Source: Bernardetia sp.
Lineage (GTDB): Bacteria; Bacteroidota; Bacteroidia; Cytophagales; Bernardetiaceae
Reading direction: 5' to 3'
Assembly: GCA_020630575.1 (NCBI GenBank)
Contig: JAHDBD010000016.1
Coordinates: 43,155-107,154, forward strand
Length of the DNA stretch: 64,000 nt
In this document: piece after piece, positions 1-9,600 of the stretch
Position numbering within the stretch: position 1 is the stretch's first letter
Layout: every line of letters begins with the position of its first letter
Notes under the pieces: generated by a model
What the model was told of the DNA's origin: nothing
The model's database searches: none
The model's input: only the letters and a program-made list of their open reading frames with translations
Program-made: the position numbers and the translations under genes

Positions 1-235
1 ATTTTGAAGGATTCCAATGTGCAGCATTTGCATCAGGCGAAGTAGCAGCTCCCAAATCTCCCATACCAGCAGCACGAGAATCAGGACCAACTAATAAAAT
101 AGGAACAGCAGTTGTGATAACTCTACGTCCAGTAGAATCAACACCAATTTGAGCTGAAACTGTATTAAAATTTGAGTAAAAAAAACTCACTACTAAGCAA
201 CCCAAAACGGCTGCAAGAACTTTACGTATTTGCAT
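1..235 (-). CDS. partial CDS (N-terminus only; gene runs off the window start): outer-membrane beta-barrel, T9SS PorV/LptO-like
   Basis: Reverse-strand translation from the ATG at comp(233-235) gives MQIRKVLAAVLGCLVVSFFYSNFNTVSAQIGVDSTGRRVITTAVPILLVGPDSRAAGMGDLGAATSPDANAAHWNPSK. It has a signal peptide followed by an 'ITTAVP..(I/L).PD(A/S)R.AGMGD.G.ATSPD' motif, as remembered from PorV-family N-termini. It is missing from the ORF track because the window edge truncates it. Confidence 0.5.
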   Translation of the reverse strand, partial: MQIRKVLAAVLGCLVVSFFYSNFNTVSAQIGVDSTGRRVITTAVPILLVGPDSRAAGMGDLGAATSPDANAAHWNPSK

Positions 236-603
236 ACAATTATTTAATTTTTAAGAATATAAATTTCGAATCTAATTTAGTTAAAAGCTGAAGGGATTAA
301 GCCTCATTAAATCTTTTTTTTTGTTTTAATAAAATACTATTTCTATCCTAATTAGTTAAGATAAAATTATATTTTTTTGAATAAACTAGTTGTGACAAAA
401 TAAAAGACAAGTAAAAGTTTTTTTCATAGGCTAAATCAGCACGTAACTAAGGAAAATACCAAAGGGTTTGGTAAAAGTGGATATCTAATGACCGTTTACA
501 AAAATATAAAAAAAATCTATTAAACGATAGTAAAGAGAATTAAATCTATAAAAACATTGAAAAAATAAGAGAAAAACTTAAAATTATTTTTTTTAAACTT
601 ACT

Positions 604-1689
604 TTATAGTATTTTTCTCTTAATAAACTGAATTATTTCTTGGGCAAATTTTATATAAAATGATAATTCATTATAATCTACAACAAAAAAAGTCTTTTCT
701 TTACTTCCAAAACTAGCATAAAAACGAGCAACTTCTTTTTCTTGTGCCGATTCAAAATCTAAAATTGTTTCATGAGTTATATCTTTACTTTGAATATCAA
801 AATTATTTACATTAAAAAAACACTCGTCTTGATTACTTTTTTCTTGAATAAATTTATCTAAAAACCATCTTCTACTTTCATCTCTTTTATGAGTTGGTTT
901 GGCTGCATTGAATAAATAAATCCATTTTGTAATAGAATTTTCTTGATACAATGATTTGCTTTTTACCAACAAAACTCCACTTACAATTTCCTTTTCATTA
1001 TTTTGAATGTAAACTAACTCTGCAAGTTCTTTCTCTTTCAGAATATGGAAAAGTTTTTTTAAAACTGGTTTTGCTTGATTTGAAATTCCATTTTCTAAAA
1101 AAACACTTTCTTCAAAAAACTGCCAAACCAAATCTATATCATCAACTTTTGTTCTTTTGATAATTTTAAAATTCTGTTTTTGAGCTTGGTTGATTCTATA
1201 TTTTGTATCTCTCTTATAGTTTTGACGAATTTTAAGATAATTCTGCTGCACAGAAAGATGATGATTTTTGTATTTTTTTAGATTTTCTTCAAATTTATTA
1301 TCATTTTGATTAATAAATACCTCTTCAAATTCAGTTGAAAACTCTTCGCAATTTGTAGTATTGAAAGGGTAACTCGAAACCAATTTGAATTTCTTTTGAA
1401 GTAAAATCAAAAAAGTTTTAAACTCCGAAGTAGATAATTTTTTAGTAGAAAAAACACCTAATTGTTGTACAAAAAGAGGTTGCTGCAAAAATGAAATTCC
1501 ATATTTTTTTTTGACAGGAAGTGGCATGACAGCCTCATAATTTTGCTCATTATCTTCTAAAATAAATCCTTCCCAAGAAGGAGAAACACAATCCAAATAC
1601 CAAGAAAAGGCATAAATTAGATTTTCTTTTGAAGAAGAAATACATTTATCCCATTTTTTCTTATCGATTTGATGATGTTTGAAGTGCAA
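604..1689 (-). CDS. hypothetical protein (possible FemAB/GNAT-fold acyltransferase-like, weak)
   Basis: A 361-aa ORF with no internal stops and no signal peptide. Its size and composition resemble the Bacteroidota 'GNAT/FemAB-like' ~350-aa proteins. I see no diagnostic motif, so the product call is weak. Confidence 0.4.
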   Translation of the reverse strand: MHFKHHQIDKKKWDKCISSSKENLIYAFSWYLDCVSPSWEGFILEDNEQNYEAVMPLPVKKKYGISFLQQPLFVQQLGVFSTKKLSTSEFKTFLILLQKKFKLVSSYPFNTTNCEEFSTEFEEVFINQNDNKFEENLKKYKNHHLSVQQNYLKIRQNYKRDTKYRINQAQKQNFKIIKRTKVDDIDLVWQFFEESVFLENGISNQAKPVLKKLFHILKEKELAELVYIQNNEKEIVSGVLLVKSKSLYQENSITKWIYLFNAAKPTHKRDESRRWFLDKFIQEKSNQDECFFNVNNFDIQSKDITHETILDFESAQEKEVARFYASFGSKEKTFFVVDYNELSFYIKFAQEIIQFIKRKIL

Positions 1690-1787
1690 AAATACTAGAG
1701 TAGGATTGGTAAATGATTTTTATGATTGATATGATAAATAAAGGATAAATGCAAATTTCTTTTTTTGATACTAATGAAATTAACTGG

Positions 1788-2609
1788 TTACTGGTCACTG
1801 ATAACTGATAACTGAATCGCCATTTCTTCTTGAATTTCTTGTGCTGCTTTACCTGCCATTTCTGCAAACTCTCGGTCTTTACTGGCATAAATAATCTGAC
1901 GGGAGGAGTTTATTAAAAGTCCACAATCTTTTGTCAATCCTGCCTTCGAAACTTCTGCTAAATTTCCTCCTTGCGCTCCTACCCCTGGAACTAACAGAAA
2001 ATGATTAGGAATTATTTTACGAATGTTTTCAATATATTCTGCCTTTGTTGCGCCTACTACATACATTAGATTTTCATCTGTTCCCCAGTTTTGGCTTTTT
2101 TCTAACACTTCTTCATAGACTTTTTTACCATTTTTGAGTTCTAACATTTCAAAATCTTGCGCTCCAGAATTGGAAGTTAGAGCCAACAAAATTGTCCATT
2201 TATCTTTTATTTCTAAAAAAGGTTTTACCGAATCTTCACCCATATAAGGCGCAACCGTAACGGCATCACAGTTTAGATTTTCAAAAAATGCTTTTGCATA
2301 CTGCGAAGAGGTATTTCCAATATCGCCACGCTTTGCATCTGCAATAATAAAGACATCGTGAGGCAAGAACTCAATCGTTTTTTGCAGACTTTCCCAGCCT
2401 TTTGTTCCTAGAGCTTCATAAAAAGCAGTATTGATTTTGTAAGAAACGGCATATTTTTCTGTTGCATCAATAATTCTTTTATTAAATTCAAAAATAGGGT
2501 CTTTTGCATTCAATAAATGAAATGGAATTTTTTTGATGTCGCTATCCAAACCTACACAGAGATAGGAATTTTTGGCTTTTATTTGGGCAATAAGTTTAGT
2601 ACGGTTCAC
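1788..2609 (-). CDS. pyrF: orotidine 5'-phosphate decarboxylase (type 2, long form)
   Basis: A 273-aa ORF. The N-terminal '[10 protein letters not shown]' and the '[13 protein letters not shown]' (D-x-K-x-x-D) active-site motif are characteristic of OMP decarboxylase. The start codon read from the sequence is GTG (comp 2607-2609). Confidence 0.85.
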   Translation of the reverse strand: MNRTKLIAQIKAKNSYLCVGLDSDIKKIPFHLLNAKDPIFEFNKRIIDATEKYAVSYKINTAFYEALGTKGWESLQKTIEFLPHDVFIIADAKRGDIGNTSSQYAKAFFENLNCDAVTVAPYMGEDSVKPFLEIKDKWTILLALTSNSGAQDFEMLELKNGKKVYEEVLEKSQNWGTDENLMYVVGATKAEYIENIRKIIPNHFLLVPGVGAQGGNLAEVSKAGLTKDCGLLINSSRQIIYASKDREFAEMAGKAAQEIQEEMAIQLSVISDQ

Positions 2610-2623
2610 TTTGTATAGGTTGT

Positions 2624-2660
2624 GTTGTTGGTGGAGTCACCAACAACGGCGAGAATAAGC
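2624..2660. repeat. REP-like palindromic repeat, family B copy (GTTGTTGGTG-gagtc-CACCAACAAC + GGCGAGAATAAGC tail)
   Basis: A near-perfect 10-bp inverted repeat lies immediately upstream of the pyrF start. The same core and tail recur at 3651-3680, 19803-19827, 27821-27829, 28081-28159 and 61336-61360. Confidence 0.6.
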
Positions 2661-2710
2661 AATTTTACACAAAAATAGTCTTTTTATCTAATTCTTTCAA
2701 TACTTGTTTT

Positions 2711-3607
2711 TCATTCATTGTTTTTATCAGAAAAAGAAAGCCATTTTTCAATTTTATTTGTGATTTCATCATATCGGCTTACATCAGGAATATGTTTGGC
2801 ATTTTTCAAAATATAAATTTCTCTCAAGTCTGAAAATACTTTTTTCATTTGTGGAATAGCTTTTTCTTTAGGGAAAAAAACATCATCTTCTGCAATGATA
2901 GTAAAAACAGGCGCATCAAAGTTTTGTGTGTCTTTTTCAGAAAGTAAAGGAGGACGACGGTAATCCATTTTTACACCCAATAAAATATTTTTTTGAAGTT
3001 CTATCCAATGTTTGTCCTTTGTAGTAAAAAATGCGTCCATAAATTTGACTAAATCCTTCTCTTTTTTGGTAAAATGAAACTTAAAAAGTGGAAGAGTCAA
3101 ACGAGAAAAAGAAGGCAAAAAATCGCCATTTGCAAAGCCAGAAGGAACAATATAAATAGCTTTTTTTATTTTTTCAGGACTTACTCGTATAAGCTCATTC
3201 AGAATGAATGCGCCATACGAAATAGCAATCACAGGAACATGTGGAAGTTTGAGTTTTTCCAGCACCTCACTTGCCCACTTTCCATATTCATTACTTTTAA
3301 AATCAAGCGTTGTTTCATCGCTTTTTGTCGCTTGTCCGATAGTATCGACAGCATAGATTCTATACTTTTTATACAAATCCTGCATCGCTTCCAAAGCAAC
3401 TGGAGCACCTGCATGAATGCCATGAAAAATGACAACAGGAGGCAAAATTTTATTCCCTCTTACAATAATGTGTGTATTTCCTGCAAAGGTGTCGATATTC
3501 AATTCTTCATATTCTTCTTTTTTGGCAAAGGAATGGAGTTTTTCATCGTACAAACTCATCAAATTTTGTCTGTAAATCGGCTTTTTATAGATTGTTCCTG
3601 TTTTCAT
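2711..3607 (-). CDS. alpha/beta-fold hydrolase
   Basis: A 298-aa ORF. It has an 'VIFHGIHAG' oxyanion / HG region and an 'ISYGAF' G-x-S-x-G-like nucleophile elbow. Its size fits the alpha/beta hydrolase family. Confidence 0.7.
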   Translation of the reverse strand: MKTGTIYKKPIYRQNLMSLYDEKLHSFAKKEEYEELNIDTFAGNTHIIVRGNKILPPVVIFHGIHAGAPVALEAMQDLYKKYRIYAVDTIGQATKSDETTLDFKSNEYGKWASEVLEKLKLPHVPVIAISYGAFILNELIRVSPEKIKKAIYIVPSGFANGDFLPSFSRLTLPLFKFHFTKKEKDLVKFMDAFFTTKDKHWIELQKNILLGVKMDYRRPPLLSEKDTQNFDAPVFTIIAEDDVFFPKEKAIPQMKKVFSDLREIYILKNAKHIPDVSRYDEITNKIEKWLSFSDKNNE

Positions 3608-3650
3608 TATGGGTAAAATTTGTTATTTGGCAAGAAATATATGTGTGAGT

Positions 3651-3680
3651 CATTGGTGGGACACCAACAACGGCAAGTTA
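3651..3680. repeat. family B repeat copy (TTGGTGggaCACCAACAACGGC)
   Basis: It shares the CACCAACAACGGC core with 2641-2650 and 19803-19815 (reverse complement). It sits directly 5' of the family C element. Confidence 0.5.
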
Positions 3681-3752
3681 GGTATCACAGACATCTCTGT
3701 CTGTGTAGAAATAGTTAATGGTAGAGTTTTTTTATTCAGACTAGGAAGTCTG
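3681..3752. repeat. family C double-hairpin element (GGTATCACAGAC-atctct-GTCTGTG ... CAGACTAGGAAGTCTG)
   Basis: It has two palindromic stems about 30 nt apart, upstream of the TetR gene. A second copy with the same arms is at 14341-14404 (GTATCACAGAC-ttcctagt-CTGTG ... CAGACTAGGAAGTCTG). Confidence 0.6.
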
Positions 3753-3847
3753 AATTACTTAATTAGCTTACAACTTGAAACAAAGATAATCAATAATTTT
3801 AAAATTAGTCCATTTGACCTAAAAATATTTTTCATTAAATTTGTTCT

Positions 3848-4480
3848 ATGAAAAACAAACCCAACACTAGCCAAGAAATTAAGAGAGTTGCAAAAGATTT
3901 ATTCAACCAAAAAGGTATCCCTTCGGTTACACTTCGTGAAGTAGCTAAGGAAATGAATAAGAGTTATGGAAATATTACCTATCATTTTTCTACAAAAGAA
4001 AAATTGATTGAAGAATTGTATCAAGATTTTAGAAATGAAATGCAGCAAGTTTCACAGGCTTTTTTTGGAGAAGAAAATTTATTTTTATCCATTCTGAAAG
4101 CTCCTTTTTATACGTTTGATATTTCGCTTTCGTATTTATTTTTCTTTAAAGACTATGTTTTTTTAATTAGGGAATATGAAGAATTAGCAAAAAAAATCAA
4201 TCAAGAAAATGAGCAGCGAAAAGCTATTTTAAAATCAATTTTGATGCAGCTTGTAGCAACTGGAATATTTAGAAATGATTTTGAAGAAAAAGATATTCTC
4301 TATCTGATGGAGCTGAGTGGTGCAATGCGTACTTTCTTTTTTATGCAGCTAAGAAACGAGGAATTTGAAAAGTCTACTTTAAAAAATGAGTACATAAATT
4401 ATGTCAATCGTCTTGTTTTTCCTTATCTATCAGAAAAGGGAAAAGTTACTTTTGAAGAATTTGATAGTAGCTTAATGTGA
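3848..4480 (+). CDS. TetR/AcrR-family transcriptional regulator
   Basis: A 210-aa ORF. The N-terminal HTH 'GIPSVTLREVAKEMNKSYGNITYHFSTKEKL' is the TetR_N signature. The C-terminal part is a helical ligand domain. Confidence 0.75.
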   Translation: MKNKPNTSQEIKRVAKDLFNQKGIPSVTLREVAKEMNKSYGNITYHFSTKEKLIEELYQDFRNEMQQVSQAFFGEENLFLSILKAPFYTFDISLSYLFFFKDYVFLIREYEELAKKINQENEQRKAILKSILMQLVATGIFRNDFEEKDILYLMELSGAMRTFFFMQLRNEEFEKSTLKNEYINYVNRLVFPYLSEKGKVTFEEFDSSLM

Positions 4481-5341
4481 ATTTAGTTCTTCAAACACAT
4501 CAAAATTTTCAATAGAATGATATTCTTTGGGAATAGAGTTTAGTTTTGTTTTCTTTACATTTTTCATATCAGATGGATCTTCCCATTTTTTAGTTTTGAA
4601 AAATGTCCTTCTTGTAGTGTCTGCTATGTTTGGAGAAATATGTTCTAGTGTATCTATTTTTAATCCGTTCCATTTATATTTATAAAGTAACGGATTCCAG
4701 CCATAAGTAAGTCCTCTAATTACTTTTTCTTTTGGATAAAATGTAGGATTTATAAAATCATATTTTTCTGTAAACTTTGTTTTATTTTGAAATAAATAAA
4801 CATCACGTAATTCTGCTAAACAACAGCCACTCATGGGATAACTTTCTATAATAAAATCCTTTTTATTATCTCCATTTATATCTCTTATTGTATCTCCTTG
4901 ATATGTATTATGGTATCCATCAAAATAAAGTAAAGTTTGTAGAGAATCTGATTTTTCTATTGAATTATAATAGTACACACAAATTAGAGTTTGATAAATT
5001 GCACCTATACGAAGTACAGCATGAATACCATTTTCAGTAAAAAGATTGCCATATTTAATTTCTATTTGTAAATCTGAATTAGTTACTTTTGATTTGCTTT
5101 TATAATTATATTCATCTACTTTTTCATTTTTGTTCTCTTTGATTAAACTTTTGATTTTTTCCTTTGCCTCTCTTATTGTTGTTTTTAGTTCGCCATCAAA
5201 CTCATCATAAGCATCTTCCTCTGATAAATTGACTTTCGAAGAATCAATTTCTTGTTGTTGAGAAATAACTGTTTTATTTTCTTGACAAGAAAAAACACCT
5301 AATATCGTAATTACAAAAAGGAGTTTGAGTAGTGATTTCAT
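4472..5341 (-). CDS. hypothetical lipoprotein
   Basis: A 289-aa ORF with a signal peptide and lipobox 'LGVFSC'. It has no recognisable catalytic motifs. It overlaps the TetR stop by 9 nt (convergent). Confidence 0.5.
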   Translation of the reverse strand: MKSLLKLLFVITILGVFSCQENKTVISQQQEIDSSKVNLSEEDAYDEFDGELKTTIREAKEKIKSLIKENKNEKVDEYNYKSKSKVTNSDLQIEIKYGNLFTENGIHAVLRIGAIYQTLICVYYYNSIEKSDSLQTLLYFDGYHNTYQGDTIRDINGDNKKDFIIESYPMSGCCLAELRDVYLFQNKTKFTEKYDFINPTFYPKEKVIRGLTYGWNPLLYKYKWNGLKIDTLEHISPNIADTTRRTFFKTKKWEDPSDMKNVKKTKLNSIPKEYHSIENFDVFEELNSH

Positions 5342-5433
5342 AAAATTATACTGAATTGAATAGATTTTTAGCCGAAAGCTAAAGCATTTGGTACATTTTT
5401 CTCACGCTAAAGCATAAGCTACATGGATTACAT

Positions 5434-6438
5434 TTAATACTGCTGCAATGTATTTTCAAGTTCCATTCGAATCTGTGAAGAAAGAGGCGCAGGACTAATC
5501 ACACGAACCGACGAACCATAGCCCAAAATCAACATTTTGAGTTCGTAATTTACAATCAAATGCAGACGTATTCTGTATTCATTATCATCTTCTATCAAAA
5601 CTTCTTGCGTATGATGAATGGGTTGTGATTTGATATATTTTCCTTGAAAAGGGTCAAAACTCAAAATTACATCTTCTGGCTTTTGGTTGAGAGCCGAAAC
5701 GCCAATACAATAATGATAAAATTCTTCTGGATTAAAATGCGCCTGTTCAGGAGTCATAAAAAGTGTTTCATCAGAAGGTTCTATGTCCATTATTCTATCC
5801 AATCCAAAGGTTCTGACTTCGTTATATTTGCGTACCCAACCAATCAAATACCACATATTTCGGTATTCTTTGAGCAAATAAGGATGAATACTGTATGGTT
5901 TTGTGTGTGGTTCGTTATGTTTTTGATAGAATATTTTGATAACGTTTTGCTCTGAAATATGATAGATTAAATCTTTAAGTTGGTGCGTTCCTTTTCCTTT
6001 ATAAATCGATTGTTCGACCTGAATAATTCGCTGTACATTTTTTTGGATTTCCGAACTTTTGGCAATTTCCATTCCGTCCAAAACCTTATCTACTGCTCCT
6101 GAAAATTCATTAAAAATAGGAAGTTCTCTAAACTCTCCCAAAAGAGATTCTACAAAAGCCATTGCAAGCTGCTCATCATCAGAAAGATTGACCGACAAAA
6201 ACTTGTACTTTGAATCCGAATAAGAGTAACCTCTCATTTTTTTACTATACTCAATCGGTGCATCGAATTCATCACGCATAGCAGCCAAATCTTTTTCGAT
6301 GGTAGAAGCTGACGAAACTCCAAAACGCTCACGACATGCCTCCAATAATTCATCTTTAGTAGGAAAGGGTTTGAATTTGCTGCGTAACATTTGGTCAATG
6401 AGCAAATAACGAAAAAAAGCGAGTTTGGTAGCTGCCAT
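5434..6438 (-). CDS. WYL-domain transcriptional regulator (HTH-WYL-WCX, YafY/CapW/BrxR-like)
   Basis: The N-terminal HTH 'AATKLAFFRYLLIDQML...' is followed by a central WYL motif 'YRNMWYLIGW' and a C-terminal extension. The start was re-assigned to the ATG at comp(6436-6438) (MAATKL). The first 41 codons of the track ORF translate the family A repeat element and are not counted as coding. Confidence 0.75.
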   Translation of the reverse strand: MAATKLAFFRYLLIDQMLRSKFKPFPTKDELLEACRERFGVSSASTIEKDLAAMRDEFDAPIEYSKKMRGYSYSDSKYKFLSVNLSDDEQLAMAFVESLLGEFRELPIFNEFSGAVDKVLDGMEIAKSSEIQKNVQRIIQVEQSIYKGKGTHQLKDLIYHISEQNVIKIFYQKHNEPHTKPYSIHPYLLKEYRNMWYLIGWVRKYNEVRTFGLDRIMDIEPSDETLFMTPEQAHFNPEEFYHYCIGVSALNQKPEDVILSFDPFQGKYIKSQPIHHTQEVLIEDDNEYRIRLHLIVNYELKMLILGYGSSVRVISPAPLSSQIRMELENTLQQY

Positions 6439-6444
6439 AAGAAC

Positions 6445-6500
6445 AATTACGAATTTAAAATTACGAATTACGAAATAATCAGCGTAGCTAATTACGAATG
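6445..6500. repeat. family A repeat copy (AATTACGAATTtaaaATTACGAATTACGAAATAATCAGCGTAGCTAATTACGAAT)
   Basis: It lies between the stop of the TIR/WD40 gene and the WYL gene start. Other copies are at 27785-27820 (same orientation) and 60320-60416 (including a reverse-complement copy, CGTAATTAGCTACGCTGA). Confidence 0.6.
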
Positions 6501-6651
6501 AGTGTATTTCATAAGTAACTGCTAAAAGTGAGTTTATGTGTCTAAAATAAATATAAGGCATCGAAAAGTAGCATTTTTAGCATGACTTTTCTTTATTAAT
6601 TTACTTATTTCTAACAAAAGACGCATTTTAAAAGGATTTTGCCAAAAAAAA

Positions 6652-9600
6652 TTAATCACTTACTTCTATTCCACTATCAATTCGTAGTCTTTCAAAAAAC
6701 TCTTCTTGTTTTTGGGTTGTGATTTCGGTTATAATAAGCATATCTACATCTAACTCTAACCATTCTAACCAATCTGATTTATTGTAGTATTTAGTGTATA
6801 TTTTCTCTGCTTCTTCAAAATGATCATTTACCAAAAATGCTATGAAAGCACTACGAGTAAAGAACTCATTACTAAATTCTTTATCAATTCCTTTTTGTGC
6901 CATTTTGAGAACCTCTTCTTTTTTGTTTATATCCAATCCTTTGTCTATTGCTACTGAAAGTGCATATTGATGATTCAACTGATTTTTTTCTGAAAATCCT
7001 TTTTTTGTTAACGCAATGTCGAACAAACTAACTATTTTCAAAGCAATAGGATATTTCTCTACACTATATCCTGCCTCTTTTAGTTTCTTTTCATACTGTG
7101 TTATGATTGCCATAATTTCTTTCAAATTTGCCTTTTCTATTTCTTCTTCACTTGGTTCTACACCTATACTAAGTAAGTCAGATATATTGGGAGTATACAA
7201 ATTATTACTTTTAATTGGAGAGTTTACAGTATTCCAAACTTTCATATTTCCATCTTCATCAACAGAATATATTTTTTTATTATCATTAGAGAATATGGTC
7301 TCATTTACATTCGCTTGATGTCCTGTAAAAGTCTTGATAAGATTGCCCTCTAAGTCCCAAACTTTGATAGAACGATCTGTACTGGATGTAATGATTTGTT
7401 CATTATTAAGTGATAACTCTCCTCCTAAAACAAAAGAAGTATGTCCTTTTAAATTAGCTTTTACTTTTCCATTCCAATCACTCAAAATAGCATTATCATT
7501 TCGCCCTCCCACAAGAATTAGCTCTTTTTCTTTTGATAAATTTAAGACATATATATGATGAGGATAAAGAGAATTAAGAGTTTTGTATATATTTTCCATT
7601 TCTATATCCCATATTTGGAGTGTTCCTTGTTCATCTCCAATTCCTATGTACTTCGAATTTTTTGGATCAAAAGTAATTGCAGAAACTTTTTTGGGTGTAC
7701 TTATTACTAATTGTCTTGTTAAATCATTCGTATTATAAATGAATACTCTTCCTTTACCTTCGTCAGTATTATCTGCGCCAATAGCAATATACTTGTTATC
7801 ACCAGAAATAGCTACTTTTCTAACATGATTAGGGATTGTTATGAGGGCTTTTCTCTCTGTCAAGTCTGTATTCCATATTTCCACTTGCTTGTTCCACAGT
7901 CCTACAATTATTTTTGTCCCATCTTTTGAGAAGGTAGAAGACATAACTGTTGTCTGATATTCTTTTTGTCTTATCAGTTTGCCATCTTCTGTGTATAGTT
8001 TTAAAGATTTGTCGTAAGAAGATGTAAGTAAATTATTGTTTGTTGGGTGCTGAGAAAGACCTGTAACTGATTTTTGATGTATATTTTTTTCTTGCAACAA
8101 ATTCCCTTCATCTTGCCAAACCAATACCGTTCTATCATGTGAGGAAGTAATCATTTTATCATCTATGAAACCAATCCCACTCACACGGTCTTGATGTCCT
8201 TTGAAAGTATGAACTAGATTGCCTGTTAGATTCCATTTTTGAACATTTCCATTTAATAATCCAGCTAAAATATAATTTCCATCAGGGGAAAAGCTAACAC
8301 TCTTTACATAATCAGTAGGAACTATAAAAATAGGTTCACTTATATTTGATAATTTCCATAATATTATTCTTCTCTTTCCCCAACTGCCTGTTACTAACAA
8401 ACTATCATTTGGAGAAATATCAATTGCTTCTACATGTTCAATATCTGAAAAGAAATAATCTTGTATCTCTAAATTAGTATCAAGAATATTAGCATCTTTT
8501 CTCGTGGAAACAATTATTTTTTTTCCATCAGAAGTAATTTGTATATCTGTAATTTCTTCTTCTTTCAAGTCATTTTCTGCAACAACTTCCTGTGTTTCGA
8601 TGTTCCATTTTTTTATATACGAGTCATAATCGCCAGTAATAATATGTTTGTTATCTGGCATAAATACAACTTTACTCATCGCAGTCTCATCATCGTTTTG
8701 TAATGTTGCTATCAATTCTCCTTCTTTAGTCCAGACTGTTATTTTGTTTTCTCCTCCCAAAGCAATAAGTTCTCCGTCACTTGAAAAAGCTACTGTACCA
8801 ATATACGCCTTATGCCCTGCTATGCTGCGAGTAAGCTCTCCATTGCTTGACAAACCTGAATCTGCTGAGCCAACTCTGTCTGCTCCTCCTGCTATACCAA
8901 TACGTTTGCCACTACTATTTATTAGATGTGCTGTTTTGTCTGAACTTCCTGTCAGTATTGTTCCATCAGGAGAAACAGCTATTTCATTGATTGATGCAGT
9001 ATGCCCTTTATATTTTGTTTCGTAAAAGGAATAATTCCGATGGATAGAAAATACTACATCTTTGGTAATTGGTTTTGGATTTTCTTGGTACGCTTCTTTT
9101 GCTAAAAACAAAGCATAGGTAGGGTCTTTTTCTGTCAGTTGTAAGGCAGTAGATATTTTTGCATTTGATTTTGATTCTTTATCTGCTACTTTTTGAGAAA
9201 TAATTGCTTTTTCTTTTGCTTGCTTGGCTTTATTTTCTGCTAGTTCAGCTTCAATACGTTTTGCTTCTGCAAAATTCTTTGAATTTAGGGCATCAGATAA
9301 TGCTTTTTGAAGTTTTTTTTCTTTTTCTTGTAATTGAACTAATGCTTCGCTCGTTTCTTTTTTTGCTTCATCAGCAGCTTTTAAGGCTTTTTTTGCGTCT
9401 CTTTCTGCCAATTTTGCTCTATCTCTTTGTTCTTCTGCTTGAATACGATTTCGATTAGCTCTTTCATTCAATAATAAAGCATTATTACGAAGACGATATA
9501 CATAAAAACTAATTCCAACAAATGCGATAAGAGCCACAACAGCCACAGCCAAAAGTCCTCTAAGGCGTTTGATTGTGTTTTTTTCTTTACGTTGTAACGC

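Noticed and set aside
3074-3616. 180-aa plus-strand ORF antisense to the alpha/beta hydrolase gene, and 3229-3435 minus ORF
   Set aside because: They are fully embedded in or overlap a well-supported hydrolase CDS. They have a Cys/Phe-rich nonsense composition.
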